In this document: positions 46,901 through 57,024 of the stretch, piece after piece
Layout of the letters: the number at the start of each line of letters is the position of its first letter
How positions within the stretch are numbered: the stretch's first letter is position 1
Source: Lepidodermella squamata
Lineage: Eukaryota > Animalia > Gastrotricha
Length of the DNA stretch: 64,000 nt
NCBI GenBank assembly: GCA_047495785.1
Contig: JBLDXI010000004.1
Location: 1,550,001-1,614,000, forward strand
Reading direction: 5' to 3'
Notes under the pieces: model-generated
Seen by the model: the letters and a program-made list of their open reading frames with translations, nothing else
Told to the model about the DNA's origin: nothing
Databases searched by the model: none
Position numbers and translations under genes: made by a program

Positions 46901-48791
46901 GGGTAAACCGATAGCTACGTCAGGTGGACCCTTTGGAATTGGATCTTATTCTGCCGATAAACAACTTCTGGTAGTCAATAATTTGCCAATTTTTGAAAAA
47001 TACACAATCGCCTTCTACTATAAGGGATCCTGTTCCGGGCCATCCGGATTACTGTCCACGGACCGCTTCACAGTGAAATGCGATAACTCCGCCCTTACCT
47101 ATGCTGGTTGGTCAATCGATGGGTATAAAAAGTTCTCGTCGGCAGTTGCCTACGACCAGCCGCAATCTTGGCGATTCTTCGCCTACACTTTCGATAACGG
47201 AACTTTGCTGGGATACCGAGGAACTACTGAATCTAAAAGCGTGGCGCTGGTCAACACAACTAAAAAATTTCCGACTGAGGCGAGGTTTCATTTGGGATAT
47301 TTTAAACTTGAACTGGGAACTTTCTATTATGGATCGACTACCCCTCTAGCCAGTGGGGATGAGTTGGCATGTGTCAGCCTCCATTCAGCTGTCCTTTCGT
47401 TGGATGAATTGGCTCTTCTGGCTGATATTTGCAACGACATACCCTTAAGTACTTCGACTTCGACTACTTCCAGTACAACAACAACATCACTTCCTGCACC
47501 GACTACTACCGTAACGAATGCCAGACTGACCTATTCTACTACGTATTTCAGGCCCATCTCTCAAGCTCCGGCTTCAAGCTTAGAGCCAGAGCCAAGTCAT
47601 CGAAAAACTAAAGATTCAGATGGCGTGACGAAGATTGGAACTACAGTGTCTGCCCAGAGCTTACTGTCCCGGATGGATGCAGGGGACGTAAAACCTCCTT
47701 ACACGCCTTTCGACACTATCGAAAATGTCCTGGGAAATTGCGACCACTTTGAATCGTCGCGATACGCCCCTCCGAATATCGACGAATCGCAACCACTTCC
47801 GGTCAACATAACCTTCTATGTTCCCGGATTGAATGAGCTATCGAGTGCGGATGACACAATTTCGGTGAGCGGGGTCGTCCTGCTATCTTGGTCTGTTCTG
47901 ACTTGCCCCAAGAACTCTACTGACCCGGTCGCGACTCGACCAAAAGAGCAGATCTACGTGGCGAGCCCCGACGAAATCTGGCTCCCCCAGCTTCGGTTCA
48001 TCAACAGCGCCCAGTCGAATGTCTACATGAAGGACGTAGCTGTTGGAGATGATTTCCTAGTCACAATGGACGGAGCTGGGGCTATGGAAAGCCCGAATAA
48101 GACCTACAACTTCTATTGGACTCGAGAGGGGCTATTTAAGGCGGACTGCGCTTTAATGATGGAAAACTTCCCGTTCGACCAACAGACATGCACCTTCATT
48201 TTCGGCCTGCAACGATCGAACAAGCTAGTCACGTTCCAAGACCCGCCAACATTTCTATGGGACATCGGCGCTGTTGATAACTCGGAATGGTTGGTCACAG
48301 ATTTTCGCAGTTACCTATCTTGGGCTTACTTCAATGGGTACAACGTATCGACTGTTGTGTATGAAGTGACGTTAAAGCGATACCCGACTTACTACATGAC
48401 CAATTTGTACCTACCCACTGCGATTTTGGGCAGTTTAGACGTGGCAGCGTTCCTAATGGCTCCATCGATGCCTGAGCGGTCTGCTTTTACGGTGACTATT
48501 CTACTAGCGATGGCTGTTACACAAACCGAGATCATCAGCGAGGCTCCGAATACGGATAGAACTGTTTTGAGTTCCTACATCCAATTGATGGCTTGGTTCT
48601 CGGCTGGAGTAACCATTTACAATTTACTGACGCTATGGCTGGCCTGTTCCTATTTCGTGGAGGGCAAACGTGATATGAAAATAAGGTGTAAGGGACGGAT
48701 TAGCATAGTTAGACTTTTCGATATACCAGCTTTCATCGCAGCATCTGTTTGTTTCGCCATAGCTAACTTCTACATTCTCAGAAAATTGTAA
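43950..48791 (+). CDS. LamG-like x5 - Thr stalk - Cys-loop ligand-gated ion channel, copy 3 (intact, intronless, ~1613 aa)
   Basis: ATG at 43950 starts signal peptide MRTLLFFLLFTQKCVA; same architecture as copy 2; Cys-loop CALMMENFPFDQQTC. Confidence 0.92.
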   Translation: MRTLLFFLLFTQKCVAQSSPTRAASWDDALSLLPVHSDFYFWFLANGDSRYYSSASNTMKEATSTNSAAMADGPYGLGAVTVENTATGNAVLTYDDLEKPVTDFTLTFFVKTDCVDKGIISLKPFFSMYCQDLNLVVATWNSNREGMTLGETLPLTTESPWAFVAVTYDSTLQQVQWANVAHYSSAIELTTITSVVMGSSSQTVAIGEGSKTDAGQDLHTANTVDQFACMALYNRPLESDEIFKIMFACGRVISPSNELPETFRLMPQIDSLAIHMPMRKVGDKVFQKYGSDYFRQASNSGNAAAKDLFGPNGFGSISVQKEGHRIFKVENLRTNWPMTVSFYYRGTCEQNSAILSLNGKGFIFCKPNSGLVYNGPTDIDNELTNAVPYLRPNDWIFFAFVFRDGGVETYYQLPENDFMSVGPTTSKAFTAFSGGYFSIEAFSGMQDPSRTSDSLACVTVHNTALSQVDLRMLTYTCGKRPARSEFLPDSFDELPQLGKLVYHMPFVQKSPYSVFDKFGSTLWYGEAEKRSSTTSLGGPFQSGYLMANGLGPKISGVKNQDSFTFAFFYFGPCAEAVGIVSTLRYQIICENGKMILKAGEKSSDSIACDSSIWNLFAFTYSSEIVRGFRYAPSPSPPVQAFETKGMKIDSPMFPVYDSHLIGDSVTNAAIIANPETRRISCVSYYSEALSLSDMSKIVKGCGKKEGRPKNLPDFFDYLPQRRSLVFCAPFTTQTGLSLFDKWGQEITLTDPGKVNIVPKGPYGLGSLGGAKNQSGPSLSIILPASFTVSFFFKSSGTGKQGILLTGKLSIYYDSEKGIVAKSRGDDKLFSVERAKLSYEPNSWQFHAYTYDWQTRTLRGFYMRESDDKVKDQFTTVNLTLEASDIFGYFYVRIGLARCQNQETCYMDPGQELSCIAYYSSALTDAEVAKLPYACGKPYPKQAFLPSKFGSMAKNQSLITYLPLTSSSKLSAIDKFGTDLWDVTPGKPIATSGGPFGIGSYSADKQLLVVNNLPIFEKYTIAFYYKGSCSGPSGLLSTDRFTVKCDNSALTYAGWSIDGYKKFSSAVAYDQPQSWRFFAYTFDNGTLLGYRGTTESKSVALVNTTKKFPTEARFHLGYFKLELGTFYYGSTTPLASGDELACVSLHSAVLSLDELALLADICNDIPLSTSTSTTSSTTTTSLPAPTTTVTNARLTYSTTYFRPISQAPASSLEPEPSHRKTKDSDGVTKIGTTVSAQSLLSRMDAGDVKPPYTPFDTIENVLGNCDHFESSRYAPPNIDESQPLPVNITFYVPGLNELSSADDTISVSGVVLLSWSVLTCPKNSTDPVATRPKEQIYVASPDEIWLPQLRFINSAQSNVYMKDVAVGDDFLVTMDGAGAMESPNKTYNFYWTREGLFKADCALMMENFPFDQQTCTFIFGLQRSNKLVTFQDPPTFLWDIGAVDNSEWLVTDFRSYLSWAYFNGYNVSTVVYEVTLKRYPTYYMTNLYLPTAILGSLDVAAFLMAPSMPERSAFTVTILLAMAVTQTEIISEAPNTDRTVLSSYIQLMAWFSAGVTIYNLLTLWLACSYFVEGKRDMKIRCKGRISIVRLFDIPAFIAASVCFAIANFYILRKL

Positions 48792-49378
48792 ATGTACACA
48801 AACAACGCGCTGTAGTCGATGCCCAATTTTCTCAGTCAACATGTATTCGCATTATTTCTGTAGTTCTGGAACTGCTGAACAGTTATTTCCTACAGAACTT
48901 TGTACTCAATCAACCTGCTCTTCAATGAAACTTCTTCACTATGTATTTGGACTACATTGATGATTCAATAAAGTAACAAACTTGTCTAGAAGCACATCCG
49001 TGCTCCATTTTGTCAAGAAAATTCACAACAGTAATTCCTCTCATTAATTTGAGGTGTTACTATAGCTATAGGTCACGTTCAGGATACCCCAAGTCATTTG
49101 TTGCGTCTTCATCCTCCACGAATGCAAAGAGGAAGCTTCCATTTCGATCATTGAAGATTGAAAAAAGCGAACACGTTTTATGCTTTATGCAGATTTAGGT
49201 AAACTTACCCTATCACATGGAGATCTTGCAATTTGCAATTTATTAAACAAGCACTAATCTACTATATACAAAACTGCATGTATTCGAATAGACAGTAGAA
49301 TGTTCAACCAATTGAACCAATTGAACTACAAGGCATATATAGAATGAGCTTTATTTGATACAATCGCATACATTGTTT

Positions 49379-49885
49379 TCAACTTGTCTTTTTTGATGGA
49401 ACTTCCGAGCCTGATAATAAATTGAGTAATGGAAAATGAGTCTTGAGATATTGGAAACCAGCTGCTAGTCTACTAACACCACTGGGCTTTACCATTTGTT
49501 GAGCCCGCTGAACATCTTCGAGGCGGCAGCTTTCGCGCAAGCGTTCAGCGTAATCTTTCAGTTTTCGAATTTGCTGCTCGTTGCTCTTCAATCTGAGCCC
49601 ACTGTCGCTCATTTCATTGATCACAAGGTTTGCAGCGAAAAGCAGCGACGTGAATTGTTCTATTCGTTCAAATCCGTCTCGAGACATGCCAGCCTTCCGT
49701 TGTTCGTTTGTACAGGCATCTCGAAGCATTTTATATTTTTCCCGCCACTGATCCAACAACAGACTTCTCTCTATATCTAAGTCACTGACCGCAAACTTGA
49801 CTGCTATGTCTATCGCCTCGTGCCAAAGTGTTCCGCCTAACCGATCAGTCACCGGCGGAGAGGCCACTTGTGTATCATCTGCCAT
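49379..49885 (-). CDS. Uncharacterised helical protein (168 aa), paralog 1
   Basis: Clean ATG-to-stop ORF in AT-rich flanks with a downstream AATAAA; shares motifs with the adjacent gene. Confidence 0.65.
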   Translation of the reverse strand: MADDTQVASPPVTDRLGGTLWHEAIDIAVKFAVSDLDIERSLLLDQWREKYKMLRDACTNEQRKAGMSRDGFERIEQFTSLLFAANLVINEMSDSGLRLKSNEQQIRKLKDYAERLRESCRLEDVQRAQQMVKPSGVSRLAAGFQYLKTHFPLLNLLSGSEVPSKKTS

Positions 49886-50145
49886 TCAAGAAGAACGTTT
49901 AAAAAAAAACTAAAATATGAAGACAAAATAAATATAATATGTACAAAATTTTAGAAAAATCAATTTAAAATCAAAATATTAAAGTACATATATTTTTGAT
50001 AAGCACACATTGCTAGACACATCAAACCAAAGATACGTTTTTTACAGCGGTTAAAAAGTAAAAGTTGAACGAATCATGAGCTGTATTATAAACGATTTTG
50101 ATATAAAATTTACTGTTTTCAAAATGCGACTGACTGCTTGATTAT

Positions 50146-50858
50146 TTAGGAATCATCGGGCCCTTCCAAGTGCCTCACCTTTGCACTTTGAAGAGCTTCG
50201 AAAGCCTGTTGCATTGAAGAAGTATGTTCACCTGCCGTTTCGATGTATCGAAAATTGCTGACTTGTGTATCTCCAATTTTTCTTTGAAACAGATAGTCGA
50301 AAAAAGATTTAAAGCCAGCAGTCTCTGCCCAGAGTAACTTTCGATCCATGCCATTTATTTTGCTGAGTTCAAAGGAAAATTGCTGTTTCAGGTATTGTCT
50401 AACAATCGTAACCTTGAACGCGTCAACTTCATAAAATTTTTTAGATTCCTTGAAGTCCAGCATCAACATATTATAAGTCGAAAGCACTCCATCCATATTC
50501 TCGAAGAAAGCAAACACTCTCTGATGAAGAAGACGCGTCCTTTTTATCCTTCTGATAATTGCTCGCGCGTTCGAGAACATTTCGCTCCATTTAAGCAATA
50601 GGTCTTGCCTTCTGTCAACATTTGCACAGAAAACAAAATCCACTAAAAAGTCTGGTGCTTCGTCCCAATAATCTTTGAGTTTGTCAACGATGCTTTGAGG
50701 AACCCAATAATCACCCTAATGAAATTCATAGGAGAATTTATGCGTGTTAATGGTTTCATCATTCAACTTACAACAGACTCTTGAGTCCCCAGTATTTCAT
50801 TGATTGACATCTGACGAAAAATGCCGATCATATTGTTCTGCTGTTCTGTTTCTGGCAT
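50146..50858 (-). CDS. Uncharacterised helical protein (~218 aa, 2 exons), paralog 2
   Basis: Exons 50858-50772 and 50715-50146 join through a 56-nt phase-0 GT-AG intron: MPETEQQ..QESV|GDYWVPQ..YWDEAPDFLVDF.. Confidence 0.65.
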
Positions 50859-51155
50859 GATAGTTAGCGGACTGCAATCGCCTTGCACTGCGAAGGTTGA
50901 TAAAACTCTTTAGTGCAGGAGAATAGTTTTATATAATATTAGGATTATGTGATGATCAGCGTGAAAAGTTAAGGCCCAGTGTAAATTTGAGCGCGATCAT
51001 ATTGAGATTGCGGAGTTTTGATCTGGTCTTTTATAGGTATAATACACATTACGATTTACTTTATTCACATTTTTGGGAATAAATTATAAACGGATCCACT
51101 CACCACGCTCGAATAATTTTTAAATCGTGTCATAAATGTTTAATATCTGTCTATT

Positions 51156-51541
51156 CATGAGACGTACTATAGGACGCCGCGGCTTCGAAGCTCCCGTTAC
51201 ACGGGCCCCTGGAAGGCCGCGGACTGTGCATATCGGAAAGTGCATATGAATTAAATTTTAGTCCAGTAATTTCGAAATTAAAAAAAATTTAATTTATGAA
51301 ATTTTAATTTTTTAATGTCAATAATTAAAAACCGCTGAGAATTAATTTACAGCAAAAGATCGGCGTGGCGCTGTGTAAAGATGTGTTGATCTCGTTGATC
51401 TTAAGCAAAAAAGAGGCTTGAGATGACTGCAAAAAGTGTAATGAGATGATTCATAGGTCGAGTTGGACTTTGGACCTCATTAAAAAAATCACGCTTTTTC
51501 TGATTCTCATCAAGCCGCGGCGTCCTATAGTACGTCTCATG
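51156..51541. mobile_element. MITE with 8-bp TSD (P-element-like or hAT)
   Basis: ~30-bp TIR CATGAGACGTACTATAGGACGCCGCGGCTT and an exact TSD TGTCTATT on both sides; the CATGA start resembles P-family termini. Confidence 0.9.
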
Positions 51542-52905
51542 TGTCTATTTACTTTTATTGCTAGGGGCGAATCCGGACGGTTTGTTTTGGACTGATTTTG
51601 GCTATTTTCACGGAAATTCTAGCGGAAAATCGGAATTTTAAAATGTATTGCTCAAAAATTTCAGAATCGCAAATTCAATGACCGGAGACACAGTTTTAAA
51701 GCCTTGCTATGAATCGTATTTGAATGCAATTGGAGTGAAAATGATGGCGGGAGGTAGCTGTGCTCGCTACTAACTATGAATAACATTATAATATTGCATT
51801 TATTCAAAATTGGAAGTAGAAAGCATCGCTTTGATCCTCTAAAGGCGTACAACACACATTACAACTTCCCAGAAATTGCGGGTTAAATACCAATGAGAAA
51901 AACTATAAGAAAAGCAAAACGAGACGATTTGATAACGCAATGGCAAATTTCAAATTCCAAATGAAGAAGAAATAGAGAAAAGAAAATTGCGATTTGTGTG
52001 AGCGCCGTCGCAAAAAGACCAAAACTCCGTGTGTGCGGGCGGGCTTACGCGCACAGCAAACGCGCACGCCCACACACACAAACACACGCTCATGCCTTAT
52101 CATGGCTTACCTCATTTATATCATTCAAAACTCCAAGATTTATATATCAAAACGCTGGTTTCCCATTATAGCATGGACGCATGCATACTCTTGAACCTTA
52201 AGTGATACCTATACACATTAATCTTTCTTAACGCTGTGCGTCACCTCTTATATATCAGCAAAGTAAAGAATGGTTTGATAAATTAATGGGATAAAATAGC
52301 GTTAAAACTGTAAACAATTAGGCTGTAAACAATAAACAATCATGCGTCACGCCTGTAAACAAGCTTCCGGTTTGCAGCAACAAAGTCCAAATACAAAAAT
52401 AGCGCGCGAAATTCAAATGTTCTGCTATTCATGTCAATGCGACTTTGATAAATGTCGAGTCAAACTGATGCATTCATACTGTTCAAACTCGAAAGCAATT
52501 CTATCATATTGACCGAGGTCTTGTAAGCGCTAATCGAAAGGAAAAATGAAGTTTGATTGTTTGAAATTCATCAAAACTGGGAGAAAATTAGACGGGAAAC
52601 AAGGAAATAACAGGAAAATTGAATAATCTAAGCAGCGTTTTCCAAGCGATTGAGATCGAATGCTAAAAATTAATGGGAAATTTGAGGACAAATAAAATGG
52701 TTTTCGTTTCTGTTTTCGCTAGATCGCCAACCAACTGGTGCGTCGAACTTTTGCTTTGACCAGTCTTGAATTTTTTGAAAAACTTCGATTAATTTGTACC
52801 AGCGTTAATAAGCAGCTCATCAGTTACCACTGCAATCTGCAAATTTATTTTATTGAAAAATTTTCAGATCCAATTTCAAATTTCCTCACCTGACTTGTCG
52901 ACGTT

Positions 52906-53643
52906 TCATGCCAAGTTGAAAAGGTAATCTTTGATTGGGAGTGGACGACCGCGTCTGTTCGGAGCTTCACAAGGCGGATCCATAGCAGCTGGCAGCTTGC
53001 AACACCTCATCTGTACGTAGTTGAGCCCTGTATCATCACCTAGGAAATCTCAAATGCCAAAACTTCATAAATATCGAAATCGGAGTTTACTTATCAGCCC
53101 CTGGAATTCCTCGACGCGAGTCTGAAGGCCGCACAAAGCGTGGCGAAGCGGGCATCTGAGCACCCACGACCATTGACCGAACGGCCCAGTACCAGGCGCT
53201 TCAATCTGCTTGCCGTCATCGCACAACAGCCGCACGCCGTTCGCAGCCGTGTCATCGCCCGCCCACTGGCGAGGTTCGGTTTTCAGCGCGAACCCAACCG
53301 CCCAGCCGTCGCACATCACGTCGCCATGCCATACGCCGAACTGACCAACACTGGACATGATTTCGTGCCAGTTTGAAGAACACTCCCAGCCGCGTCTCCG
53401 GCTGCTGCAGTGCAGCATCACGCCATTCATCGCTGTGTCGTCGCCTTGAAAGTCGTAAGGTTCCACCTTTTGGCTGTAGCCGACGACGTAAGTGCCTGGG
53501 CGGCAGAACTCCCATTCGCCAGTGCTGCCCCAAGGCGTAACCGAAGGAGGCCCCAGTTCTAGTGGACTAACATCAGTACGGCAGTTAGCAATATCAGATC
53601 CTATGAGTATGAGAACTGAGGTAATCAAATTCAGCTTCATCAT
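52906..53643 (-). CDS. VMO1: Vitelline membrane outer layer protein 1-like secreted beta-prism protein (2 exons)
   Basis: Signal peptide; three repeats with GDDTAMNGV, GDDTAANGV and SDDTGLNYV; WG.W and CGLQTRVE motifs; intron 53040-53090 in phase. Confidence 0.9.
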
Positions 53644-54156
53644 GCAAATTAGGAATTAGGCTGGAAAAGAAAAGTAGCAGACATCTCATCTCATCTCATA
53701 TTCAAAAACAAAAAACGTCTGCTGCATTTCCCGCACGAAAATTCCGGTTGTTTTGCCATTAATTTGAAATATATCCCAGCAGAAATATCTGAACTAGATC
53801 GGCAAAAATCCTTGAAAAATAACTAGAAACCCTAAACAATGCCCTGAACTTTGACATCGAAAGCCTCTGACATTTGTAAGCTTAAGATAATGGCTATTTG
53901 TTTTAAGAGATTACTCAGGGATTTGGGGATTTTTCCAATTAGGCAATGGGAAAACCAGCTGGAGAATAATGTATGATTTTCAATAGAGTTAATCATTCAG
54001 CTCTCAGCCTGGCATGCGTTGAATCTGTATCGGAAAATGGAGCCGAGAAGCTTAATGTAAACGATGCATTAGCATTTTTCGATTTTCAGACCGCGAACAA
54101 TTTTACAAAGAATTCAGCTGGAAAACATTAAAATAAAGCTGAAATCATAACTCAGC

Positions 54157-54900
54157 TTAAGGATAGGCTAAATTCAGCATTCTCTTACGCCTATCGAGTG
54201 GGTTTAGTCCTAACTTGTGAACCTCTGAACAAATCATTGGTACGTTAGGAGCAAAGTGGATCAATCTTGGCGTGAACCTTTCCTGTTTTTTTTCTCCGAG
54301 TTCTGAACTGGTCAGCTTATATAAGTCGTGCAATTGGTGCCGCTTTTTTGGCGTTGTCGAGCGTTGTTTGCGCTGACCGCTTATGCCCAGCCGATGCATG
54401 CTCGTTGATCAGTTGCCGCTGCTCCTCACGTGAAACGGCTCGAGAAAAGGAAATACTGGCAGCTCCGCTCACGGGGCCACTGGTGGCGACAGAGGATGAC
54501 TCGTCGTCGCTCACGGCAACCGGTGGGACGTTTTCTTCCTCCGTTTTTTCTTCAGCATCATCTTCAATGAAAGGAATGTTCAAGTCGGGAACGTCCTCTT
54601 CCAAAATCACCGCGTTTCTTAACTGCTGAGGAACGATCTCCATAGGACAGCCACGGCGAGGTTCCGCCGCAAACAGGACTTGAAACGGCGTTTTTTGCCA
54701 CCCAAGGTCCGATGTGGTCAGGAATTTGTTTGACAATTGAACGAAAGGTAAAGAAGCCGGCCAATTTTGTGTTCGATTGGAGATACAACAAGCTGAAATC
54801 ATAGGCTTCGTATCCTCGTTTGACCGCTCCACTGAACCCTGAGACTGAGGATGCCGGGCTTGACCGTTGATTACGACTAGACCCTCCCAAAGCACAGCGA
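54157..54900 (-). mobile_element. Degenerate retroviral-type (rve) integrase fragment, KRBA2/SCAND3- or Ginger-like
   Basis: LWEGLVVINGQARHPQSQGSVERSN..W...LPFVQ...TPFQVLF matches the integrase core C-terminal half; the N-terminal half is missing. Confidence 0.7.
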
Positions 54901-55054
54901 ATTCGGATATGACCGACGGCCTCCAACATTGACCACTTCATACTTCTTAAGCAATCTGAATTCATTAAGGTCAATAATAATTAGAAATTTAGGTAATAGT
55001 AAGCAATTACTTACTTGTAGTCACGAGATTGTCTAGATGACTTGCCGCTTTGAC

Positions 55055-55270
55055 CTGTACTGGAGGCAATTTCAACCCCAACTGAGACGATCCTTGTCAT
55101 CATACTGTTCCCAGTTCTCAGGATCATGTGATCCTATTTTGTTCCTGTCCAGCAGAAATACTACGTTGCTTCATCGCTTGACGGCGTGTAATTCAGCGGG
55201 GCAGCAAGCGGGTGAGCGGCCAGAAATCGCTCGGCTGTTTGTAGATCGTGGTGCTGACATCAATGCAATG
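55055..55270 (+). pseudogene. Relic of the start of an ankyrin exon related to the protease-ankyrin genes
   Basis: TGGNFNPN* / CD...NTTLL / EIARLFVDRGADINA compared with TGGKFDPNW / CDKSTTKNSTLL / EIARLLLDRGADVNA. Confidence 0.65.
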
Positions 55271-56076
55271 GCGCAATACCAAACAGCTCGCGTCCGTCAG
55301 TCATCCTGAACTCGTCGTCTCAATCTTTTTTAATAGGTGAAGGCATCAAAGCGGACGGCCAGGCTGTGTACAATTCAAGCAAAATCGATCAATTCACCTG
55401 TATGACAATCCAATACAATGGTGGGATATCTATGAAATAATGTTCGCTTGTGGTCGAGGAATCTCTCCGTCTAACGTATTGCCTGAAACATTCCGACTGA
55501 TGCCCCAAATCGAAAATCTAGCTATCCATATGCCAATGAGAAAGGTTGGGGACAAGGTATTCCAGAAATACGGATCTGACGACTACCGACAAGCTACGCA
55601 TAACGGAACAGCCGTTGCGAATGACTTATTCGGGCCACATGGTTTTGGATCGCTTTCAATCGCAAACGAAGGCGATCGAATCTACAAGGTTGAAAACTTG
55701 CGAGCCAATTGGTCAATCACAATTGCCTTCTACTACAAAGGACCTTGCTCGAACACCAGCGCAATCCTCGCCCTGAATGGCGAAGGGTTCATTTATTGCA
55801 AGCCCAAAAGCGGGGTGTTATACCAAAGTTCGACAGGTGTGATTTCCAGTTCTGTTTCGCATCCTAGCGGGGATTGGATATTCTACATTATAGGGCGACT
55901 TTGCAGTCACGTGACTAAGAGCAAAGTCCACCTATTTTTTTCTGGTCTGATCGGCCGGTCGGTCGGTCGGGCGGTCGAGCGGTCGCACAGTTGCTCACTC
56001 TTCACGATTTCCATAACGAATTATTGTCAAGCGATCGCTTATCGTTTTCAATCTATAAATAAGTCTTAATTCTGAA

Positions 56077-56869
56077 ATGGCTTCTAATCAGTTAACAGCT
56101 AAGGAGCTTGCAAAGCAGCAGAAGAAGGCTGCCGATAAAGCGAAAGAGAAGGCAGAAAAAGAAGCTCAGCGCCAGCTTCAACGCAAAGATCATCTGGACG
56201 CTCAACGCAACGAAAACGCCACAGAACAAGGGCAAGAAGATGAAGCTGAAAGTTCAGACGATGCGAGTTCATCAAGTCTTCAGAACAACAGTCATGGTAC
56301 TGGCAACTCAAAGCGGTCGGGAGCTAAAAGTCGGCGAAAGAACAATTCTTTCGATGATACCTTCTCGACAGAACATGTTTTGGATTTTTTGAGCATCAGC
56401 ACTAGCACGGTTATTCCGCCACTTTCGGATTCAGCCTTCGTCCCGAGGTCGTGGGAGCATCTTAGCTCCGTCGCGAAGAGTTACAAAAACTGTAAGGGCT
56501 CATTTATTTATTATTTTGTTGCCATGATCTATTGAACGTCCCTATATAGCTTTGTCCGCGAGATTCCGGTCGGAATGGACGTACGATGAGCGTAATCGGC
56601 TTCGCCATATATTCGCCTACGCAGCGATGCTTGGGAAAATTCTCAGTTTTCCAGACAGAGCGGTAACGCACTGGATGGCAAAAACACCAGCTGACAAGGA
56701 GCTGGACAAGGAGCTGGGGCGGACTGTGGGTGGGATCGCGCGTCAAATTAAGAACATTCACCTGCTTATTCGGGTCGGGAAATTTGAGTTCACTTGGGAG
56801 CCAGGAGACAAAACCGAGCATTTGTACGACTCAGACAAGGATGGCTATCATGTGATTGCTAGGAAATAA
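56077..56869 (+). CDS. Transposon accessory protein (244 aa, 2 exons): K/E-rich N-terminus and Myb/SANT-like C-terminal motif
   Basis: Exons 56077-56491 and 56550-56869 join through a 58-nt phase-1 GT-AG intron. WTYDERNRL...ELGRTVGGIARQIKNI resembles a Myb-like HTH. AATAAA downstream. Confidence 0.7.
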
Positions 56870-57024
56870 ATGAATGTGTTGAAGCGCTGATTCCTTCCAA
56901 TTGTGATGACGAAAAAGCAATGTGTAAAAGTTGAAATGTTGAAATTATCAATCAATAAAATGTATGCATCTTTTCAATAGCAAAGCATTTCATTTATTTA
57001 TGTTTATATGATATTCAAATTTTC

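Noticed and set aside
56077-56869. RAG2-like gene (true ProtoRAG)
   Set aside because: Only 244 aa, with no kelch repeats or PHD finger; the TSD is 2 bp, not 5 bp.
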